Source: a virus. Taken from it: DNA of 64,000 nucleotides. Below the pieces are notes generated by a model that was given only the letters and a program-made list of their open reading frames with translations, searched no databases and was not told the DNA's origin. The stretch spans positions 50,374 through 114,373 of the IMG/VR virus record IMGVR_UViG_3300020472_000012. One strand, written 5' to 3'. Below, in pieces: positions 57,655-64,000 of the stretch; positions within the stretch are counted from its first letter, which is position 1; the number at the start of each line of letters is the position of its first letter. Made by a program: the position numbers and the translations under genes.

Positions 57655-59952
57655 ATGACAACGAATGGAATAAGTATCACCAAGAGGAATGGAAATAAAG
57701 AACCACTAAAGATAGAGAAAATCCACAAGATGGTAGATGCAGCTGCAAAAGGTATTAATGGAGTATCTGCATCACAAGTGGAAATGAGTGCAAACTTATC
57801 ATTCTATGATGGAATCACAACAGAAGAAATTCAACAAACCCTAATTAAGTCTGCTTCAGATTTGATTAGTCTAGACACACCAAACTATCAGTATGTTGCA
57901 TCAAGGTTATTGTTATTTGCAATAAGAAAGGATGTATTTAATACCAAATGGAAAGATAGTAGAATATACCCAGCACTTAAAGATATAGTTGCAAGGAATA
58001 TAGAGATTGGTGTTTATGACACTAAGTTGATAGATTATTATACTGAGAAAGAGTGGGATACTCTTAACAGTTATATGAACCACAAAAGAGATTTTCTATT
58101 CTCTTATGCTGGGTTAAGACAAGTAGTAGACAAGTATCTTGTTCAAGATAGGTCTACTGGAAAATTATTTGAAAGTCCACAATACATGTATATGTTAATC
58201 AGTGCAGTATTGTTTAAGGACTATCCTAGTGAGACTAGGTTAAACTATGTAAAGAGGTATTATGATGCAATTTCGCAATTTAAAATCAACATTCCAACGC
58301 CTATCATGGCAGGTATACGAACGCCCATTAGACAGTTTGCGAGCTGTGTTCTCGTGGATTCTGACGACACTCTACCAAGCATTTTTTCTAGTGACATGGC
58401 TATTGGTAGGTATGTTGCTCAGAGGGCTGGAATTGGTATCAACGCTGGTAGAATTCGTGGGATTAACAGTAAGATTAGGGGTGGAGAAGTACAACACACA
58501 GGTGTTATCCCTTTTCTCAAGAAATTCGAGAGCACAGTCCGCTGTTGCACTCAGAATGGAGTTAGGGGTGGGAGTGCTACTGTCCACTTCCCAATCTGGC
58601 ATCAAGAAATTGAGGACATCATTGTTCTCAAAAATAACAAAGGGACAGAAGACAACAGGGTAAGAAAATTAGATTACTCTATCCAAATTAGTGAACTGTT
58701 CTATAAACGATTCTTAAATGATGAAGAGATATCTTTATTCTCACCACATGATGTAGAAGGATTGTATGATGCATTCGGTACTCCAGAGTTTGATGAACTC
58801 TATGAGAAGTATGAAAGAGCATACTCTATTCCTAAGAGAAAGATATCTGCAAGAACTCTGTTCATGGATATTCTAAAAGAAAGAGCAGAGACAGGTCGAA
58901 TATACATTATGAATATAGACCATTCCAATACACATAGTTCATTTACAGACAAGGTTAACATGAGTAACTTATGTCAAGAGATTACATTACCTACAGACCC
59001 AATTCAACATCCAGATGGTGAAGGTGAGATTGCACTTTGTATTCTATCTGCAATCAATGTAGGAACTCTTAAATTAGAAGATATGGAAGAACTTTGTGAC
59101 CTTGCAGTTAGAGGATTAGAAGAACTAATTGAATATCAAAACTATCCAGTTAAAGCTGCTGAGATATCTACACTTGCAAGAAGAAGTTTAGGTATAGGAT
59201 ACATTGGTCTTGCACATTATCTTGCAAAGAATAAGGTAATGTATAATGACCCAGAAGCACATAAATTAGTTCATGAACTAACAGAGAGTTTCCAATACCA
59301 CTTATTAAAATCATCAAATAAACTTGCAGAAGAGAAGGGTGCATGTGAGTATTTTGGTCGAACTAAATATTCATTAGGAGAACTTCCTATAGACCATTAT
59401 AAGAAAGAAGTGGATGAAATATATCCAAACGAATTATTGATGGATTGGGAAGGACTGAGAAAGTCTATAAAGGAACATGGGTTAAGACATTCAACTTTGT
59501 CTGCACAGATGCCCTCAGAGTCCTCTAGTGTCGTTTCTAACGAGACAAATGGGATAGAACCACCTAGAGACTACCTTTCAGTCAAGAAGAGTAAAAAAGG
59601 GCCATTAAAACAGATAGTACCTTCTTACCAAAGATTACAAAACTTTTATACTCTATTATGGGATATGAAAGATAACGATGGATACATCAAAGTAGTTGCA
59701 GTTATGCAGAAGTTTTTTGACCAATCCATTAGTGGTAACTGGAGTTATAATCCAGAGAACTATGAAAATAATGAAGTACCCATTTCTGTAATGGCAACTG
59801 ATATGTTGAATACATATAAGTATGGGTGGAAAACATCTTACTATCAGAACACATATGACAGTAAGACAGAAGATATAATTGAGGTTCCATCAGAACCACT
59901 TCCATTAGGGGAAGATATAGATGATGAGGATTGTGAGGCATGTACAATTTAG
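57655..59952 (+). CDS. nrdA: Ribonucleotide reductase class Ia alpha subunit
   Basis: ATP cone, PTPIMAG, SCVL, SNLCQEI, C-terminal CEAC. Confidence 0.98.
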   Translation: MTTNGISITKRNGNKEPLKIEKIHKMVDAAAKGINGVSASQVEMSANLSFYDGITTEEIQQTLIKSASDLISLDTPNYQYVASRLLLFAIRKDVFNTKWKDSRIYPALKDIVARNIEIGVYDTKLIDYYTEKEWDTLNSYMNHKRDFLFSYAGLRQVVDKYLVQDRSTGKLFESPQYMYMLISAVLFKDYPSETRLNYVKRYYDAISQFKINIPTPIMAGIRTPIRQFASCVLVDSDDTLPSIFSSDMAIGRYVAQRAGIGINAGRIRGINSKIRGGEVQHTGVIPFLKKFESTVRCCTQNGVRGGSATVHFPIWHQEIEDIIVLKNNKGTEDNRVRKLDYSIQISELFYKRFLNDEEISLFSPHDVEGLYDAFGTPEFDELYEKYERAYSIPKRKISARTLFMDILKERAETGRIYIMNIDHSNTHSSFTDKVNMSNLCQEITLPTDPIQHPDGEGEIALCILSAINVGTLKLEDMEELCDLAVRGLEELIEYQNYPVKAAEISTLARRSLGIGYIGLAHYLAKNKVMYNDPEAHKLVHELTESFQYHLLKSSNKLAEEKGACEYFGRTKYSLGELPIDHYKKEVDEIYPNELLMDWEGLRKSIKEHGLRHSTLSAQMPSESSSVVSNETNGIEPPRDYLSVKKSKKGPLKQIVPSYQRLQNFYTLLWDMKDNDGYIKVVAVMQKFFDQSISGNWSYNPENYENNEVPISVMATDMLNTYKYGWKTSYYQNTYDSKTEDIIEVPSEPLPLGEDIDDEDCEACTI

Positions 59953-60974
59953 ATTTTTCTTATAAGAGTCTAGAACAAAGACAAGAAGAAAAAAGAAAAG
60001 AAGAATTCAAAGAAGAAAAGATTATTCAAGATTTGAAGTTTGATGAGATTGACTCTAAACGAGCATTAGAGATATTCAATCCATTAAACAACTTAAATAA
60101 TCCAGATGTTCCAGAGATAACCTATGAAGGTTATCTTATGGGAAACCATAGAATTTTTATTGCAAGAAACTTTATAGATAAATCTGATATAGAATACTGT
60201 AAGCATATGTTCAAGTTTATGGAACATAGAAAACAGTATTATAGAGAAGAGAATATCATACAAGAGAATTATGATGATAAGGGTGCATTCTTAGATAACT
60301 GGGTTAGTAAAGGATTTCCATTTGCACCATTTTCTGAGTCCCTCTTATTGATGTATCATGAAAGAATTGAAAAACTATTTGGTCTCAGATTAGTTCCAAC
60401 CTATTCATATGGTCGAACATATGAACGACACAGTAGATTACTCTCTCATTCTGATAGACCATCATGTGAATTCAGTGCAACACTTCCAATATCATTCGAT
60501 ACAGATGATGGAAAGCCTTGGGTAATTTGGGCAAGGGGTGACCACAACTTTACTGGATTGACTGGTAGAACTGCATGGGATTTATCAATGGGTAAACCAT
60601 TTTATGCAAGACATGAAAAAGCAGTACCAGTTGCATTATGGCCTGGTGATGTTTTATTCTATCAAGGTAGTAATGTTATACATTGGAGAGAAAGGTTAGT
60701 AGGAAATTCTGCAAGACAAGTCTTCTTACATTATCTACATGTTGATGGCCCAATGTATAGAGACTTTCCAAAACTAAAGTATGATTCAAGACCATCGATA
60801 TATCATGGTACTGGTTCATTACATGCAGAAGCAAGACATGATGCAAGTAGGTTTTTACAGGATATAGACAACTATAAGTATTATGCAAATGTATCGATAA
60901 CAGACCCAGCAACTGGAAAGGCATGTGGTAAAGGATTTGAAAAATTTAAAGAAGGAACTGACAGTACATTTTAA
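59940..60974 (+). CDS. 2OG-Fe(II) oxygenase-like protein
   Basis: PTYSYGR.Y, HSDRPSCE.S, PGD.LFY.G...HWRE, QVFLHY. Confidence 0.8.
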   Translation: MYNLDFSYKSLEQRQEEKRKEEFKEEKIIQDLKFDEIDSKRALEIFNPLNNLNNPDVPEITYEGYLMGNHRIFIARNFIDKSDIEYCKHMFKFMEHRKQYYREENIIQENYDDKGAFLDNWVSKGFPFAPFSESLLLMYHERIEKLFGLRLVPTYSYGRTYERHSRLLSHSDRPSCEFSATLPISFDTDDGKPWVIWARGDHNFTGLTGRTAWDLSMGKPFYARHEKAVPVALWPGDVLFYQGSNVIHWRERLVGNSARQVFLHYLHVDGPMYRDFPKLKYDSRPSIYHGTGSLHAEARHDASRFLQDIDNYKYYANVSITDPATGKACGKGFEKFKEGTDSTF

Positions 60975-60977
60975 GAA

Positions 60978-62075
60978 ATGAGTATATTTAACAAAAACAA
61001 AGTCAACTTTCTAAAGAACAAAATGTTCTTCGGAGAGGAACTTAATACCCAACGATATGATGATTTTAAATATCCCATATTCGACAAGCTCACACAAAGA
61101 CAATTGGGTTACTTCTGGAGACCAGAAGAAGTTTCTCTCCAGAAGGACAGAAATGATTACAACGAATTAAGTAAAGCACACAAACACATCTTTACCAGTA
61201 ATCTAAAGTATCAAACATTATTAGACTCAGTACAAGGAAGAGGGCCTGCACTTGCACTACTTCCATTCTGTACTATTCCAGAATTAGAATCATGTATCAT
61301 TGCATGGGACTTCATGGAATCAATCCATAGTAGGTCATACACCTACATGATGAAGAACATCTACTCAGACCCAACAAAAGAATTTGACACCATTATTGAT
61401 AATGAACATATCATTGCAAGAGCAGAATCAGTAACAGAGACTTATGATGACTTTATTGATTATGCAAATAGATGGAAGTTGGGATACAAAACTGACGAGA
61501 AAGAACTTTACAGAAAACTATATCTTGCACTTATAAGTATCAACATACTTGAAGGTTTAAGATTCTTTGTGTCATTTGCATGTACTTTTGGTTTCGGAGA
61601 GTTGAAACTTATGGAAGGTTCTGCAAAGATTATCAGTCTGATTGCAAGAGACGAGAATCTCCATCTGGGGATAACTCAACACATTCTTAAAGCATTCCAA
61701 AACACTGAGAAGAATGCAATTATGTTGAAAGTTATGAAGGAAAGTGAGAAAGATGTATATAAAATGTATGAAGATGCAGCCCAACAAGAGAAAGATTGGG
61801 CAGAATACCTATTCATGTATGGTAGTATGATAGGACTATCAACTGAATTGTTGGGTCAGTATGTTGAGTATACAACAAATAAAAGACTCAGAGCAATAGG
61901 ATTAAATCCTATATATGATATATCCAGTAGGACAAATCCACTGCCTTGGACTCAACATTGGTTATCCTCTAAAGGTCAACAGAATGCACCTCAAGAGACT
62001 GAGATTGAGTCATATGTAATTGGTGGAATCAAACAAGATATAGAAGACGATACATTCAAAGGATTCAAACTATAA
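60978..62075 (+). CDS. nrdB: Ribonucleotide reductase class Ia beta subunit
   Basis: FWRPEE, DSVQGR, E.IHSRSY, LEGLRF, RDE.LH, APQETE. Confidence 0.98.
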   Translation: MSIFNKNKVNFLKNKMFFGEELNTQRYDDFKYPIFDKLTQRQLGYFWRPEEVSLQKDRNDYNELSKAHKHIFTSNLKYQTLLDSVQGRGPALALLPFCTIPELESCIIAWDFMESIHSRSYTYMMKNIYSDPTKEFDTIIDNEHIIARAESVTETYDDFIDYANRWKLGYKTDEKELYRKLYLALISINILEGLRFFVSFACTFGFGELKLMEGSAKIISLIARDENLHLGITQHILKAFQNTEKNAIMLKVMKESEKDVYKMYEDAAQQEKDWAEYLFMYGSMIGLSTELLGQYVEYTTNKRLRAIGLNPIYDISSRTNPLPWTQHWLSSKGQQNAPQETEIESYVIGGIKQDIEDDTFKGFKL

Positions 62076-62263
62076 TGGATAGTATACAAACAGTTAGTGG
62101 AATTGCACAAACACAAGTACAAAAGTACAATGTGGATAGAGTTTATAGTCGTGGTGACGATGGTCATAAGGTTCAGAGAACTACATATACTGTAACCTTA
62201 TATGATTCAAATGGAATACTGACATCAGTAACCAACAGTCATCAGATAAATTATTTAATATGA
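62075..62263 (+). CDS. Hypothetical protein
   Basis: ORF track, TAATG coupling. Confidence 0.5.
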   Translation: MDSIQTVSGIAQTQVQKYNVDRVYSRGDDGHKVQRTTYTVTLYDSNGILTSVTNSHQINYLI

Positions 62264-62270
62264 GAACAAT

Positions 62271-62525
62271 ATGATAGTAGAAATTTATGGGAAACCAATG
62301 TGTCCTTATTGTGATAAGGCTAAAATGTTATGTGACATGAGAAACATAGAATATAAGTATTTTATGTTGAATGAAGATTTCACTAAGGAAGAACTTTTAA
62401 ATAAGTTCCCAACAGCAAGAACATTCCCACAAATTCAATTCGTGATAGATGGAACCACAACATATGTTGGTGGATTCCAAGAGCTTCAACAACATTTAGG
62501 CAACATGCTTAAGGATAATCAATGA
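62271..62525 (+). CDS. nrdC: Glutaredoxin
   Basis: CPYC, TFPQI, VGGF. Confidence 0.92.
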   Translation: MIVEIYGKPMCPYCDKAKMLCDMRNIEYKYFMLNEDFTKEELLNKFPTARTFPQIQFVIDGTTTYVGGFQELQQHLGNMLKDNQ

Positions 62526-62719
62526 CAGACCAAGAAGTAGAGAGAGTAGAAAGTATACACTGTTACAGTTGTGATGGGTATGCAGAGGTTCAGACAGAAT
62601 GGAATCAAGAAATGCCAGTACAATTTTGTCCATTTTGTGGTGAACAGTTAGATGATAGAGAAGAAGATTTTCATGAAGAGCTCCTAAATCAGATGGAAGA
62701 CTTCGATGATAGTGAATAA
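62522..62719 (+). CDS. Zinc-ribbon protein
   Basis: CYSC...CPFCG. Confidence 0.65.
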   Translation: MTDQEVERVESIHCYSCDGYAEVQTEWNQEMPVQFCPFCGEQLDDREEDFHEELLNQMEDFDDSE

Positions 62720-62960
62720 ATTATTAGAAACTTTAAAAGTTGCAGAGGTAAAGATTTCGTTTAGAAGTTTAAATTCTGGAAAGAATATAACTGCACCTTG
62801 TACTTTAAGAGAAGATAGAATTCCCAACCATTTCCATATAAATCAAGACCCAAATTCTGAAAAGATTATAGTGTGGAGAGGGGATAATAAGAAATGGGAA
62901 GATATAGAAGTCTCTTCTATAATTCACTGGACAGTGATAGATAGGACACAAAAAGTATGA
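62706..62960 (+). CDS. Hypothetical protein (WYL/SH3-like)
   Basis: ISF.S...CTL...VW...WEDI pattern. Confidence 0.5.
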   Translation: MIVNKLLETLKVAEVKISFRSLNSGKNITAPCTLREDRIPNHFHINQDPNSEKIIVWRGDNKKWEDIEVSSIIHWTVIDRTQKV

Positions 62961-63044
62961 GTATAGAAGTTTTAATTTTTCATATGTTAGTATTAATACC
63001 TATGGTATATTTCATATGGAATGATGGTTATAAGAAAGGTTTAA

Positions 63045-63395
63045 ATGAAACCACAAAGTGCAAAAGCAAAAGGTAGGAATCTACAAAAGTGGACTCGTGA
63101 GAGACTCATAGAAGAATTGGATATTCATCCAGAAGACATCAAGTCTACTTCAATGGGTGCTGGTGGTGAGGATGTCATCATGGCAAGAGCTGCACGAGAG
63201 AAGTTCCCATATTCAATTGAATGTAAGAACCAAGAGAAAGTTAATCTCTGGTCTGCATATGACCAAGCAGAAGCAAATTGTGGAGACTACGAACCTTTGG
63301 TAGTCTTAAAGAAAAATAGGACTAAACCATTAGTCCTATTAGATGCAGAATACTTTTTTAAATTACACAAGTCTTTCCATAACGAGGTCGAATAA
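63045..63395 (+). CDS. PD-(D/E)xK nuclease / Holliday-junction-resolvase-like protein
   Basis: KAKGR.LQ, GED, SIECKN, QA..N. Confidence 0.75.
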   Translation: MKPQSAKAKGRNLQKWTRERLIEELDIHPEDIKSTSMGAGGEDVIMARAAREKFPYSIECKNQEKVNLWSAYDQAEANCGDYEPLVVLKKNRTKPLVLLDAEYFFKLHKSFHNEVE

Positions 63396-63734
63396 AAACT
63401 CTTCGTGTTTCCTCGCTGGATTCTCATACATATATTCACCTTTAGCACATTGACGAACATGTATCATTTCATGAGCTAATACTTTCAATATTTCTTGCTT
63501 TTGACCATCCCAATCTTTTCGTGCAAGTTCCACACAAATTTCTTCGGTATCACCATAACAAGCACCTACAGCATCTGAGAAACCTTCCTCAAATTGATTA
63601 GAAACGATAATTTCTAACCCAAAATCATACTTTTCCAGACCCAATATATCTATAGCAACATTGACAAAATCGAAGATTTTATCCTCTTCTCTCACTTTGC
63701 CACCTCTTGGGCCTCCAATATTCACACCAACCAT
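63363..63734 (-). CDS. HExxH metallopeptidase-like protein
   Basis: LAHEMIHVRQ; AGGAG RBS on the minus strand. Confidence 0.7.
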   Translation of the reverse strand: MVGVNIGGPRGGKVREEDKIFDFVNVAIDILGLEKYDFGLEIIVSNQFEEGFSDAVGACYGDTEEICVELARKDWDGQKQEILKVLAHEMIHVRQCAKGEYMYENPARKHEEFLFDLVMERLV

Positions 63735-63770
63735 TTCAGTCTCCTATCTGTATTTAGGTACGAAAAACAC

Positions 63771-63800
63771 ATTATATTACAATATGTACCCATAGGTCAA
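63771..63800 (-). promoter_or_regulatory. Class I sigma70 promoter (leftward)
   Basis: Reverse complement TTGACC-TATGGGTACATATTGTAA-TATAAT. Confidence 0.75.
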
Positions 63801-63803
63801 CAC

Positions 63804-63833
63804 TTGACGCAGGGGTGCTTTTTTTCGTATAAT
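63804..63833 (+). promoter_or_regulatory. Class I sigma70 promoter (rightward)
   Basis: TTGACG-N18-TATAAT with GGGTGC in the spacer. Confidence 0.8.
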
Positions 63834-63851
63834 ATGATGATAGGAGAAATT

Positions 63852-64000
63852 ATGAAATTAGGTTACGAAAAAATAAAAATAATACCGAGTAAAAACGATG
63901 CTTTAAATCCAGAAAATTTTTGGGGATTCTTAAAGAAATATGCAGAAATGAATTTAGTACCAGTTAGAGGTCAATATGGCAAATACTGGTTAAGTGGTGT
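63852..64000 (+). CDS. 5' part of an early hypothetical protein (truncated)
   Basis: AGGAG RBS, ATG 63852, open to the window end. Confidence 0.6.
   Translation, partial: MKLGYEKIKIIPSKNDALNPENFWGFLKKYAEMNLVPVRGQYGKYWLSG

Noticed and set aside
248-61787. Numerous minus-strand and alternate-frame ORFs in the ORF track
   Set aside because: They lie within well-supported + strand genes and have no RBS or motifs; these are shadow ORFs
1-64000. CRISPR array, IS element, or intron/intein in gp43, gp41, nrdA or nrdB
   Set aside because: No regularly spaced repeats or transposase seen; these genes are contiguous and of normal length
1-64000. Apparent abundance of TGCA and scarcity of TCAGG/CCTGA
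   Set aside because: Could reflect NNT-GCA codon bias or another avoided site; cannot be separated without counts

Overview
This is a 64-kb segment of an AT-rich, T4-like (Tevenvirinae/Kyanoviridae-like) myophage genome, probably from an aquatic phage of a Gram-negative host. Nearly all genes are on the + strand. The core replication genes are gp45, gp44, gp62, regA, gp43, uvsX, gp41, gp61, nrdA, nrdB and glutaredoxin. The window also holds tRNA-Asp, tRNA-Ala and many auxiliary genes (TorF-like porin, two Coq4-like proteins, IscA, IscU, Hsp20, peroxiredoxin, lipase, several 2OG-Fe(II) oxygenases). Three larger systems stand out. (1) A cytosine hypermodification cassette (C5-methyltransferase, TET/JBP dioxygenase, glycosyltransferase) sits between gp44 and gp62. 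Its dioxygenase and glycosyltransferase, and a second methyltransferase, end in the same clamp-binding-like peptide as the DNA polymerase. A window-wide footprint points to GpC as the target: CCNGG, GGNCC and CCWWGG sites were seen only where they overlap a GpC, and GATC and GGWCC were not seen at all. (2) A late-promoter-driven operon encodes CsgF, CsgG, two curlin-like proteins, a FecR-domain protein and a CHASE2 adenylate cyclase. (3) A block of late enzymes carries T4 capsid-targeting-like N-termini and may be an injected payload. Regulatory features include two sigma70 promoter classes, apparently leaderless mRNAs, a Pho-box-like repeat, RBS-sequestering hairpins and several ncRNA candidates. 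All calls come from motif recognition by eye; no searches or k-mer counts were run.
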